Source: a virus
Virus record (IMG/VR): IMGVR_UViG_3300036940_000176
Location: 1-62,668 of that record
Direction: 5' to 3' (one strand)
Length of the DNA stretch: 62,668 nt
Part shown: positions 25,907 to 34,348 of the stretch, in pieces
How positions within the stretch are numbered: the stretch's first letter is position 1
Layout of the letters: the number at the start of each line of letters is the position of its first letter
The notes under the pieces: generated by a model
What the model saw: only the letters and a program-made list of their open reading frames with translations
The model's database searches: none
What the model was told of the DNA's origin: nothing
Made by a program: the position numbers and the translations under genes

Positions 25907-26689
25907 TTAAAATTCATCTATACTAACGTCGCTTTTTCCACTTTGCATTTTTTCATACCCATCACCATTTACTCTATTCTCAAAACTACCATTAAATAAT
26001 GTCGATGGTCTTAGATATGTTAAATCTCCGCCTTGTAACATTCTAAATGAATATGCGTTATCAATACATTTGAAAAAGTCATCTTTTCTAAAACCTTCAT
26101 TCCATCGTGCTCTGATTAATTTTCTTGTACTTTTAGTTGTATGTCTATAAGATTTCTTTGTTTTTAAATTCAAGTAATCGATAATTTCTTTGTAAGGTAT
26201 CGTTTCTTTCTCGTCTTTTTCTTCATTTTCCTCGACAAAAGTATTTATCTTTTTCTTACTCTTACTCTTACTCTTACTCTTATCGGACATTGTCTTTTTT
26301 TGTCCTTCGGATGTCTCAATTGCTTTTTGCTTTTCACGATAAATTCTTTTCTTTTTAGCCCAATCAGTTTCACTACCAATCATATTATTTACCTCATTTA
26401 AATAAATTGTACCATCATCTAAAATCTCCATCATATTTAATTCAGTAAACAATTTAATAGCGCTTCTTACAATATCAATATTTGTGTTTGTGATACTTGA
26501 TAACATTTTATCATTGTAAGGCACTGTATCACTAAACCTTAAATGTCCCTCGTGTGAAAGACTTTCAACTAACAGTTTTAAATAAAATAAAACATAATCT
26601 TTACCGTTATCCATATCTTCAATAACTTTAACGTCGTGTCTCTTGAAAAAATCTTTATGTAATTTTAACCAAAAATATTTCTTAACCAT
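25907..26689 (-). CDS. Phage replisome organizer / DnaD-like replication initiation protein
   Basis: N-terminal FWLKLHKDFFKRHDVKVIE...YVLFYLKLL block and C-terminal DnaD-like IPYKEIIDYLN...IRARWNEGF block. KSKSKSKSKK linker encoded by a (CTTACT)n microsatellite at about 26253-26283. Confidence 0.7.
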   Translation of the reverse strand: MVKKYFWLKLHKDFFKRHDVKVIEDMDNGKDYVLFYLKLLVESLSHEGHLRFSDTVPYNDKMLSSITNTNIDIVRSAIKLFTELNMMEILDDGTIYLNEVNNMIGSETDWAKKKRIYREKQKAIETSEGQKKTMSDKSKSKSKSKKKINTFVEENEEKDEKETIPYKEIIDYLNLKTKKSYRHTTKSTRKLIRARWNEGFRKDDFFKCIDNAYSFRMLQGGDLTYLRPSTLFNGSFENRVNGDGYEKMQSGKSDVSIDEF

Positions 26690-26972
26690 TATCTAATCCC
26701 CAATCGTATTCTTTATAACTTTTTACAAACAGTCTATCACCCATATATCTTTCCCAGAGCACATCTTTTTCGTTTTCACTTAATTCGATTTCATCATACA
26801 AAAACCTTTTTTTCATATTAAGTGTTAATTTTTTATTTTCAAACACTTTTACAATTTGTTCAAAAACATCTTTGTTTTTATCTAACTCTTTTGATAAGTT
26901 TTGTCTATCAAAATAAAACAATTCAATACAAGAACGTGTCAATTTTTCATTATGTTTTGGACGTCTACCCAT
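26682..26972 (-). CDS. Hypothetical protein (96 aa)
   Basis: Track ORF with SD AAAGGAGGA. Confidence 0.5.
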   Translation of the reverse strand: MGRRPKHNEKLTRSCIELFYFDRQNLSKELDKNKDVFEQIVKVFENKKLTLNMKKRFLYDEIELSENEKDVLWERYMGDRLFVKSYKEYDWGLDNG

Positions 26973-27031
26973 AAATCCTCCTTTTTTCAGTTTTTAACAT
27001 ACATTGTTAATATTATATATAATTATAATTA

Positions 27032-27286
27032 TTAAATAGATTTATTGATTTTCGCACTTTGTATAAATTTTAACTTAGTCCGTCTAATTTCAAACCTATT
27101 TTTTGGATTAGTATTTAGTAATAAATCAACATCTTCAAGTAACTCTTTATCACTGATATTTTCAAAATAATCTTTGAATAAAAATAAGTTTCTAATTTCT
27201 CCAACATAATAATAATAAGCATACTCCGCTAATTGTTTTTTTAATTGTTCATAAGTTTTAGGTTTTTTAAATATTTTATTATTCAT
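27032..27286 (-). CDS. Hypothetical protein (84 aa)
   Basis: Track ORF. ATG 27286 preferred over TTG 27289. Confidence 0.5.
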   Translation of the reverse strand: MNNKIFKKPKTYEQLKKQLAEYAYYYYVGEIRNLFLFKDYFENISDKELLEDVDLLLNTNPKNRFEIRRTKLKFIQSAKINKSI

Positions 27287-27446
27287 CAATTTCCCCCTTT
27301 TTAACCAATTCTTTTGATGAATTAGTTGGAAAATACTTTCTTGTTATTTCTTTAAAATCTTTTTCAGTTATAACACCATACATAATGATACAAAATGTTA
27401 AATCGTTAATATATGAATTTATAATACTTTTGTGCTCCATTCTCAT
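27279..27446 (-). CDS. Hypothetical mini-protein (55 aa). Not in the ORF track.
   Basis: ATG 27446 after AAGGAGGCTGAATA. TAATG overlap with the upstream ORF. Confidence 0.45.
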   Translation of the reverse strand: MRMEHKSIINSYINDLTFCIIMYGVITEKDFKEITRKYFPTNSSKELVKKGEIDE

Positions 27447-27580
27447 TATTCAGCCTCCTTTATACTCGCTAACTTATACTCGTTAATCAAACTAATCAAG
27501 TCTAACAGTTCCATATTGTCTACATCATAGCCATCTTGTTTTAATTGCGCTTTCCATGTTTCAAACTCACTTGCTTTCAT
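27446..27580 (-). CDS. Hypothetical mini-protein (44 aa). Not in the ORF track.
   Basis: ATG 27580 after GGGAGGCTGACA. Confidence 0.4.
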   Translation of the reverse strand: MKASEFETWKAQLKQDGYDVDNMELLDLISLINEYKLASIKEAE

Positions 27581-27890
27581 TGTCAGCCTCCCATTGTTTA
27601 ATATAATTTCCTTCTAAATCTTTTGTTAAAATTTCTTCTAATTTTTGATATTGTGCCCTTTTTGGTTTGTTTTTATATACAAAAAGTTTTTTAAAATCTA
27701 TCAAATCTTCTTTATCGTTAATAAAATAATATCTACCCCTATTTTTATATAAATCACCAACTTGCACTAATCCTTGTGGTGTGTTTGCTACCGAAATGAT
27801 TTTTGCGTTTTCATATGGTATTGCAACATATCCAAATTGTGCAATCAATCCAAAATTCCACCTTGCCCATTGTCCTACTTTAACTCTCAT
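27567..27890 (-). CDS. Hypothetical protein (107 aa)
   Basis: Track ORF. Confidence 0.5.
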   Translation of the reverse strand: MRVKVGQWARWNFGLIAQFGYVAIPYENAKIISVANTPQGLVQVGDLYKNRGRYYFINDKEDLIDFKKLFVYKNKPKRAQYQKLEEILTKDLEGNYIKQWEADNESK

Positions 27891-28123
27891 TTCAATACCT
27901 CCGACAATTCTTTATATATTTCTTCAGTCATTTTTAACGCTTTCAATGCTCCACCACTAATATAAGTTACATCATTTTTAAACGAAATTTCCTTGTCATA
28001 CATTGTAATAATGTAAACATTACCGCTGATGAGTTCCTTTTTTAATTTAATAGGATAACCTTTTTCTTTGCAATAATTAATGATTTGTTTATCACTCTTG
28101 CTTAATTCCCATTTATGTTTCAT
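27887..28123 (-). CDS. Hypothetical protein (78 aa)
   Basis: Track ORF with SD AAGGGGGGC. Confidence 0.5.
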   Translation of the reverse strand: MKHKWELSKSDKQIINYCKEKGYPIKLKKELISGNVYIITMYDKEISFKNDVTYISGGALKALKMTEEIYKELSEVLK

Positions 28124-28136
28124 TTTGCCCCCCTTT

Positions 28137-28295
28137 TTAATATTGTGTTTTACCGCTTTTTAAATCTTCTAACTGTTCTATCAATTCTTTTTTAGTTCTT
28201 AGTTCAGTCATACGATAAGCACCAATACTAGAGACGTACGTACCGTTTTTAATTTGTATCTTTTTGATTTGTCTTGCAATATCTAACTTTTTCAT
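28137..28295 (-). CDS. Hypothetical basic mini-protein (52 aa). Not in the ORF track.
   Basis: ATG 28295 after TTGGAGGCAACACA. Confidence 0.45.
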   Translation of the reverse strand: MKKLDIARQIKKIQIKNGTYVSSIGAYRMTELRTKKELIEQLEDLKSGKTQY

Positions 28296-28486
28296 TGTGT
28301 TGCCTCCAATTTATTAATAAATTTAATTGCATCTTTTAATTTGTCAAACCCTTTAACATCATACCAACTATCAAACTTTTCATAATCAACTAATGATTTA
28401 ATAACCATAAATTCTTGCGCTTGTCGTGGAAAATCTTCCCAAGTAACAATCCTATAAATGTATTCGCCTATTTCTTTTTCGTACAT
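28292..28486 (-). CDS. Hypothetical protein (64 aa)
   Basis: Track ORF with SD AAGGAAGGA. Confidence 0.5.
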   Translation of the reverse strand: MYEKEIGEYIYRIVTWEDFPRQAQEFMVIKSLVDYEKFDSWYDVKGFDKLKDAIKFINKLEATQ

Positions 28487-28611
28487 AATATCCTTCCTTT
28501 TTTATCACTACAACCATAGTTTAAATCTAATTTTTTGATGTGCCATTTAAAATAACAGTCAAAGCGCTGTTAAACTATGTTTAAAGAGTAAAACAACGCT
28601 CCAACATACTA

Positions 28612-28640
28612 ATTATACGTTATGTAACGTGATATGTCAA
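28612..28640 (-). promoter_or_regulatory. Consensus promoter with a palindromic operator in its spacer
   Basis: Minus strand reads TTGACA (28640-28635), a 17-nt spacer, then TATAAT (28617-28612). The spacer contains ACGTTA-ca-TAACGT (28617-28630). Confidence 0.7.
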
Positions 28641-29089
28641 TCGTTATCTTTGTTGTTTTGCTCCCATTTGTCTTCGTAACGCTCTTTTTCCATTTTGAAA
28701 AAATTAATGTAAACTTCTTCAACTGTGTTATACCAATCAGTGACTGGTGTTAATTCATCACATTCACCCAAAGCAAAACCGTGCATCGATTTTAAAACTG
28801 GTTGTTCATATTCACTTCCATCTCTAGATAATTTAATTGTGTCGATAACCTCTACAAACGTATGTTTTCCATCATTTTTTTGACCAATTTTTCTTTTTTC
28901 GATATTTTCAATTGCTTGAATAAAATCACAAAGAAATTGATATAAGTTTGTTTGACCATTTTCAATTCCTTTTTCTTCGTGTTCATCTAGTTTGTACTCC
29001 ATAACCGATTTATGAATGTCTAAAACTTCTCTAAAATTTTCTAAATTCCAACCCATACGCTTCATTTCTTCAAAAATTTGTTTTCTCAT
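28637..29089 (-). CDS. Hypothetical protein (150 aa)
   Basis: Track ORF. Confidence 0.5.
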   Translation of the reverse strand: MRKQIFEEMKRMGWNLENFREVLDIHKSVMEYKLDEHEEKGIENGQTNLYQFLCDFIQAIENIEKRKIGQKNDGKHTFVEVIDTIKLSRDGSEYEQPVLKSMHGFALGECDELTPVTDWYNTVEEVYINFFKMEKERYEDKWEQNNKDND

Positions 29090-29113
29090 TTTAACTCTCC
29101 TTTTTTTTGGTTT

Positions 29114-29401
29114 TCACCATTCGTACAATCTACTTTCACTTTTTCCATTTTCAATAATGCTTATTAAAACAAAATCTTCACAATTAATAATATTGCCAAA
29201 CGCATCTTGTAAATGCCCTTCAACGACTTCTTCTATTGGATAAGACCAAAAAGAAGTGTTGTGATTAGCATCAAATTTAGAAATAAAATCATCAATATCA
29301 TCGTGTGTTTTAAAGTTAAAATCACATCCAAACTTACTTTCAAATTCGCTTACTGCATCGTTTTGTGTTACTTTTCCGTCAATAATAACTATTGTTTTCA
29401 T
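29114..29401 (-). CDS. Hypothetical acidic protein (95 aa)
   Basis: Track ORF. Confidence 0.5.
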   Translation of the reverse strand: MKTIVIIDGKVTQNDAVSEFESKFGCDFNFKTHDDIDDFISKFDANHNTSFWSYPIEEVVEGHLQDAFGNIINCEDFVLISIIENGKSESRLYEW

Positions 29402-29413
29402 TATTTTTCCTCC

Positions 29414-29716
29414 TTAAGGTAACACTATTTCTTGCATTACCATCATTAGTAATTCCCTAGTTTTTAATTTCTTTAAATCTTCAATGGTGTATTTATTAAA
29501 TAATTTAACTAACCCATCAATAATCCACGCTATATCTACCGCTGTTTCATCTTCAAGCCATAAATCATATGTAAGGTCATTCATATCTTCCATTTCTTCG
29601 TTGGTTATTTCTCCTTCAACAAAGTGATTTTCAAGACAATCATAGATATGTAATCTAATCATTTCAATGTTTCTCAATTCAATTCTTTTCAATCTCAAAT
29701 ATTTTTCATATTTCAT
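29414..29716 (-). CDS. Hypothetical protein (100 aa)
   Basis: Track ORF trimmed to ATG 29716, which follows TTGGAGGAAG. ATGA overlap with the upstream gene. Confidence 0.5.
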   Translation of the reverse strand: MKYEKYLRLKRIELRNIEMIRLHIYDCLENHFVEGEITNEEMEDMNDLTYDLWLEDETAVDIAWIIDGLVKLFNKYTIEDLKKLKTRELLMMVMQEIVLP

Positions 29717-30237
29717 TTTACTTCCTCCAATAGTTTCTTTGTTTTTCGTTCCGCCCATTCAATAAACGGTTCAAAACGTCCTTCTTTTAACTTTTTGCAT
29801 TCTTTTTCAGTTAAACCAATAACAATGTAGTCGTGTCCCATAGGGACATTGTGGCTGTGTTTTTTGAATAAATATGTTTTACGGCCTTTGGTTTGTGCTT
29901 GAAAATACATTGATACATCATAATTAAAAACAAAAGCATCTAAAATGTTTCCGATAATTTTAAAGCCAGTTCGCTTACCCCACGCACCGTTTTTGCTAAC
30001 TACAAGGTAATAAGGATATTTTTTGATGTTTGCATTTAAATAATCATATAAAACTTCTTCATAATATTCAAAATACAAATTGTTTCTAAAGTGTTTGACC
30101 GCATCATAAGGCACTCCGTGATTATTTTCAACGTATTCATTTTTGTCGATTTCGTTTTGATATTCTTCAGTTAAATCTTCCCAGTCTACGCCATAAACAT
30201 AATGACCAATATTCATAATGTTAACATCTTTTTTCAT
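29713..30237 (-). CDS. Hypothetical protein (174 aa) immediately downstream of the ArdC-like gene
   Basis: Track ORF with SD AAGGGGGA. Confidence 0.5.
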   Translation of the reverse strand: MKKDVNIMNIGHYVYGVDWEDLTEEYQNEIDKNEYVENNHGVPYDAVKHFRNNLYFEYYEEVLYDYLNANIKKYPYYLVVSKNGAWGKRTGFKIIGNILDAFVFNYDVSMYFQAQTKGRKTYLFKKHSHNVPMGHDYIVIGLTEKECKKLKEGRFEPFIEWAERKTKKLLEEVK

Positions 30238-30250
30238 TTCAATTTCCCCC

Positions 30251-31735
30251 TTAATATTTTGTTAGATATTCAGCAAAATCTTCTTTTGGAGTTTCGCTAA
30301 ATTTAAGACGATTTTTACAAACACACAAATAATTATTAAAATGTTTTGTTTTTTTAGTAATGTAATGAATTTCGCCACATTTTTCACAAACCGCTTTGTA
30401 TTTACTGACAACTGGATTAGCACTTTTGTGCGTTGCTTTCCCATCGCTTCCCAATTGTCTTGCAAGTCTACGCCACTCTTTTCCGTGTGGTTTGATTTCT
30501 CTATTCCGTGTTTTCTTTCCCAATAAAGCGTGTGCTACTTCGTGTGCTAATGTATCCAACATTTTTTCAACTGGATTGTATGCTAAAAATACAAGGCTTA
30601 TAGATATAATTTTTTTTACATAATATGCACGGCCATAACTTGATTTTGATTTATCAAACACTAAATCGTACTCTTTCAACTTCTTCGGATACATTTTTTT
30701 GTACTCTTCCCACTTGTTTTTAATGATTTCTTGTTCCAAAAGCCATTGTTTTTCACTTTTATGTTTAGTATCAGTTGTTTTCACGGTTGTATTTTCAGTT
30801 TGAGTGCCCTTAATTTCTTCTCTCTTGATTTTTTCTTCTTTTTTGGTATCAGACTTAGCCATAGAGTTTAAAATCAATTCTACGGCTTTTTCAGCCTTTG
30901 TAAATGCACTGACTAATTTTTGTGCACTCTCTTCTTCAAAGTACTTAATCCAAGAGTTAATGTATGCTTGTGAGTTATCAAAGTTTATATTATCGACACC
31001 TAGAAAAGCACTTGCTAGCATTGTTGCGCCACTTTCAGCGATTAATTCTTCATATGAATAAATTCTTGAACCAAAGGATGCCCCTTTAAGTCTATTTAAT
31101 CGTGATGTGTGCCCAGTGCTGTGGATGATTTCGTGTGCTTTGGTTTTTAAAAATACAACGTTGTTTTTAAAAGCACCTTGCTGTGGCAACGTGATGCTGT
31201 CACTCATTGGACTGTAAAACGCTCTATTTCCACCAAAGTTAAGTGTAATATTATATTTATTTAAGTAATTATTCATAATATTTTCAAGGTCTTTTTCTTT
31301 TTGATTTAACTCTTCAACAGTCAATGGTTCTTTTGGTTTATTAAACTTTGGTTCTAGGTCAGTGTCTTCGATGTGGAACACACGATAATATCTCAATAAA
31401 AATGATGTTCTTTCTTTTTCTTCTTCTTCACCATTCTCATTGATTTCAGTCGTTGTATATTTTCCGATTTTCCAATAAACAACAACTTCACTTTTAGACC
31501 CTTTTTTCAATTTTGCTTTTAATTTTTTGATTTGATTGAATGTTACGTATTCACCAGGAGCCAAAAGCATTTGATTTAAACCGTTATAATATTTTCCAGT
31601 AACATAACTAACGGCACCGACATTACTGTTCACATCAGTATCGATTAACCATTCTCTTTTCCAAACTAAATGCCCTTTGCTTAATTGGTTTAAAAGTCTT
31701 TCTTTCACAATTTCAAATACGTTTGTTTTACTCAT
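30251..31735 (-). CDS. ardC: ArdC-like antirestriction fusion: ssDNA-binding N-domain plus zincin metallopeptidase plus a second SprT-like Zn-protease/zinc ribbon (494 aa)
   Basis: N-domain TGKYYNGLNQMLL...YVTFNQIKKL...VVVYWK. First HExxH KAHEIIHSTGHTSRLNR. Second HExxH LAHEVAHALL...HGKEWRRLARQLG. C-terminal CxxC...CxC ribbon. ATG 31735 is 8 nt after GGAAAGAGAG. Confidence 0.7.
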   Translation of the reverse strand: MSKTNVFEIVKERLLNQLSKGHLVWKREWLIDTDVNSNVGAVSYVTGKYYNGLNQMLLAPGEYVTFNQIKKLKAKLKKGSKSEVVVYWKIGKYTTTEINENGEEEEKERTSFLLRYYRVFHIEDTDLEPKFNKPKEPLTVEELNQKEKDLENIMNNYLNKYNITLNFGGNRAFYSPMSDSITLPQQGAFKNNVVFLKTKAHEIIHSTGHTSRLNRLKGASFGSRIYSYEELIAESGATMLASAFLGVDNINFDNSQAYINSWIKYFEEESAQKLVSAFTKAEKAVELILNSMAKSDTKKEEKIKREEIKGTQTENTTVKTTDTKHKSEKQWLLEQEIIKNKWEEYKKMYPKKLKEYDLVFDKSKSSYGRAYYVKKIISISLVFLAYNPVEKMLDTLAHEVAHALLGKKTRNREIKPHGKEWRRLARQLGSDGKATHKSANPVVSKYKAVCEKCGEIHYITKKTKHFNNYLCVCKNRLKFSETPKEDFAEYLTKY

Positions 31736-31776
31736 AATTTTCACTCTCTTTCCGTTTTTCAGTCTTATAACGTGAC
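31726..31776 (-). promoter_or_regulatory. Copy A of a conserved 51-nt leader/start element
   Basis: 47 of 51 nt identical to 34819-34869. Spans GTCACGT..AAGAC..AAAAACGGAAAGAGAGTGAAAATTATGAGTAAAA. Confidence 0.6.
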
Positions 31777-31789
31777 TTTTAATAGTATT

Positions 31790-31824
31790 TAAATAATTAA
31801 AGACCTATAAATAATTATAGGCCT
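31790..31824 (-). terminator. Hairpin terminator candidate after the 81-aa gene
   Basis: AGGCCUAUAA/UUAUAGGUCU stem. Its G-U wobble is valid only on the minus strand. A T-rich tract follows. Confidence 0.45.
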
Positions 31825-32060
31825 CTACTCCACTCTTTGTACTCATCCATCCAATCAAACTTATTGATGATGGTTACCATTTCATTGATGCGTATTTCAC
31901 AATCATTGATACGTTTTTTATTGATTTTATAGTTGCTATTTTTCACTTTTTTCAAAATTGCATCTAGATTTAAAAATCTTAAAAAGATATGTTCTTTCAC
32001 TTCATCAAGTTCATTCAGTTTTTCTTTTGTTTCATTTTCTTTCATTTCATTTTCTTTCAT
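31815..32060 (-). CDS. Hypothetical protein (81 aa)
   Basis: Track ORF trimmed to ATG 32060. Confidence 0.45.
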   Translation of the reverse strand: MKENEMKENETKEKLNELDEVKEHIFLRFLNLDAILKKVKNSNYKINKKRINDCEIRINEMVTIINKFDWMDEYKEWSRGL

Positions 32061-32062
32061 TT

Positions 32063-32278
32063 TTAACACCACTCACTTTCCGTTAACCAATTGATAAAAT
32101 CTTTCAATGTTTTATCCGTTACAACTAAAAACGAAGCGTTAAAATCATCACTATACCAAAGCCAATATAAATATATTGTGCTTAAATCAAAGTATAAACT
32201 ATGATTATTAAGACAATACTGTCTTACTGTTTCTAACTCTTTTAAGTCTTCTTTCAAATAGTCTCTTATACACTTCAT
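32063..32278 (-). CDS. Hypothetical protein (71 aa)
   Basis: Track ORF. Confidence 0.5.
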   Translation of the reverse strand: MKCIRDYLKEDLKELETVRQYCLNNHSLYFDLSTIYLYWLWYSDDFNASFLVVTDKTLKDFINWLTESEWC

Positions 32279-32279
32279 T

Positions 32280-32447
32280 TTATACCTCTTCTATTTCTTG
32301 TTTCAATAGTCTTAATTTCTCTTGTAATGTTTCTATTTCATTAAGAGCCATTTCATTATTGTGGATAGTAAGTAAACTGTCTTGCAAGTTATGATTAAAT
32401 GAATTAATCTCTTCTAATAGTTTCATAATTTTTAAATCAGTTTTCAT
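32280..32447 (-). CDS. Coiled-coil mini-protein (55 aa). Not in the ORF track.
   Basis: ATG 32447 is 6 nt after GGAAAGAGAGGT. Confidence 0.45.
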   Translation of the reverse strand: MKTDLKIMKLLEEINSFNHNLQDSLLTIHNNEMALNEIETLQEKLRLLKQEIEEV

Positions 32448-32448
32448 C

Positions 32449-32610
32449 TTATAACCTCTCTTTCCCTAAATATTCTAACAATTCATCATCAGACATATAC
32501 GTATCCTTAACGCCTTCTTCTACAAAGTCACCGTCTAAATCAAATACTTCATAATGACCAGTCATTTCATCAATTTCAATGTGTCCGTCGTCCAATAAGA
32601 TTTCTTTCAT
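32449..32610 (-). CDS. Acidic mini-protein (53 aa). Not in the ORF track.
   Basis: ATG 32610 overlaps the upstream stop. Preceded by an AGAGGACG SD-like sequence. Confidence 0.4.
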   Translation of the reverse strand: MKEILLDDGHIEIDEMTGHYEVFDLDGDFVEEGVKDTYMSDDELLEYLGKERL

Positions 32611-33230
32611 TTTTTAACGTCCTCTCTTATTTTTAAAATAATGCCCATCGCTAAATTATAAACTTCTTTAAACACTTTGTTATGCTGTACGATGCGCTCT
32701 TTTGTATTGACTTTTCCATCAAACAAGTTAATTCTTTCCATCGCTTCATCGGTATAGCCGAACGCTAATGCTTTTACATCGTGCGTTGATTTTGCACACT
32801 CTTCTAAATCTTTGATGCTATTATTTGCATCTACTACATCACGCAATTGTTTAGTTAAATTATTCAATTCATTTAACACATAAATTAAACTTCTTACATT
32901 TAAACTATTTTCACCATTATTTTTAATAATTACATCATTTAAATACTTATCTACTTTAATATTAAATAATTGTTTATATAACAGTGTGGTCTCAACATCA
33001 TAAGCATCCATTTGGTGGATACAATCAAAACCAATTTTTTCACTATTTGAAAACGTGATGCCACCGTGCACATCTAAATCAGTTAGATAGATGCCGTATT
33101 TAGCGCAATCTTTAGTGGAAAAATAAACATATCCACAACGATGACCATAAATAAATTCTACGCTTACCTTAAACCCATTCATTATACCGTCAAATTCTAC
33201 AATTGCATTAGTATATTTACGTTTATACAT
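32607..33230 (-). CDS. Hypothetical protein (207 aa)
   Basis: Track ORF trimmed to ATG 33230 (MYKRKYTN), which follows AAGGGGTGGAAATAAG. Confidence 0.5.
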   Translation of the reverse strand: MYKRKYTNAIVEFDGIMNGFKVSVEFIYGHRCGYVYFSTKDCAKYGIYLTDLDVHGGITFSNSEKIGFDCIHQMDAYDVETTLLYKQLFNIKVDKYLNDVIIKNNGENSLNVRSLIYVLNELNNLTKQLRDVVDANNSIKDLEECAKSTHDVKALAFGYTDEAMERINLFDGKVNTKERIVQHNKVFKEVYNLAMGIILKIREDVKK

Positions 33231-33231
33231 C

Positions 33232-33447
33232 TTATTTCCACCCCTTAAAGTGTTCTCCGTGCTTTTCCCAGTCATATCCACCAATGTTTGGTGATACGTG
33301 ACTAATTTCATATAACTCATTCTTTTGTAAATGTGCATCCATTTTTTTGATAACTGTTTTCAATGTCCCTTCTAAAACCTTCGTTTTTTGCTCACCTTTT
33401 TTATTGAAGTATTGATACTGTACTCTTACAAACATCTCTTTTTTCAT
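33232..33447 (-). CDS. Hypothetical protein (71 aa)
   Basis: Track ORF with SD TAGGAGGAAA. Confidence 0.5.
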   Translation of the reverse strand: MKKEMFVRVQYQYFNKKGEQKTKVLEGTLKTVIKKMDAHLQKNELYEISHVSPNIGGYDWEKHGEHFKGWK

Positions 33448-33510
33448 TTTTTTCCTCCTATAATTTTTTATTTATTATTAATATTAATATTCTTACTATT
33501 AATTATATTA

Positions 33511-33743
33511 TTAATAACTTAACCCACTATTCTTAATTATACTATTAATAGTATTATACGTTTCTCTTTCTTCTCTCTCTTTTAAAAATGTACTTCTATT
33601 CACTCCGTATCTTTTTTCAAATAGATGCTCTTCATAATCCACCATCACCGTTTCAATCCCTTGCTCTTCATAGATTATTCTTTGTGCTTTTTTTGCCCTT
33701 CTAACACTGCAATGCTTTCATTGAATTCTTTTTCTTTAGTCAT
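33511..33743 (-). CDS. Small gene interrupted at an A AAA AAG heptamer. The frame-0 product is 22 aa and the -1 frame product about 77 aa. This is either a frameshift site or an indel.
   Basis: ATG 33743 after GGAGGAATAAAAGAAA. Frame 0 stops at 33675. The -1 frame stays open from the A7G run (33687-33694) to TAA 33511. Confidence 0.35.
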
Positions 33744-33764
33744 TTTCTTTTATTCCTCCATTTC

Positions 33765-34106
33765 TTAAAATACTGTCACTAAATCTATATGATACTTATA
33801 ATCGTTTTTAGCACCAAATACGTGCGGTATCACTTTGAAATAGTAAAACGTATTGTCGTTTGATTTAATGGTATACTTGATTGCTTCTAAATGTGTTATT
33901 CTTTCAATGGCGTAAATGTCCCACTCACCGCCGATTTTTTTGACCATTTTTTTAGCAACGGCTTTTTTGATTTTTGTTTGCAATCCTTTTGTGTAGTCGA
34001 TTTTGTCTTCAGAATGATAAATCAATTCCAATCTTTTTTCTACCAACTTTTTTAATTTGTTTAAATTGCTATGACCATAACTTGCTGTCACTCTTGCGAT
34101 ACCCAT
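33765..34106 (-). CDS. Hypothetical protein (113 aa)
   Basis: Track ORF. Confidence 0.5.
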   Translation of the reverse strand: MGIARVTASYGHSNLNKLKKLVEKRLELIYHSEDKIDYTKGLQTKIKKAVAKKMVKKIGGEWDIYAIERITHLEAIKYTIKSNDNTFYYFKVIPHVFGAKNDYKYHIDLVTVF

Positions 34107-34348
34107 TTTATGCCCTTTTCTTTCATTACATTTTCACAAAATTCTAAATAATCTTCGTCGGTAAATAGTTCCAACGCACTTATAAATGCTAACATCTTAT
34201 TATAGTATTTTTGAGTTAATTTTCTATCGTGTTCTTTAATTTTATCTAATGGACTATTTAAAACCTTGTTGCGGTAGTGAATATAAGTGTTTCGTGTGCT
34301 TTCTACTCTATACTCTAATACTTTTTTTATTCTTTCTTCTTTAGTCAT
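34088..34348 (-). CDS. Hypothetical protein (86 aa)
   Basis: Track ORF with SD TTGGAGGGTA. Confidence 0.5.
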   Translation of the reverse strand: MTKEERIKKVLEYRVESTRNTYIHYRNKVLNSPLDKIKEHDRKLTQKYYNKMLAFISALELFTDEDYLEFCENVMKEKGIKWVSQE

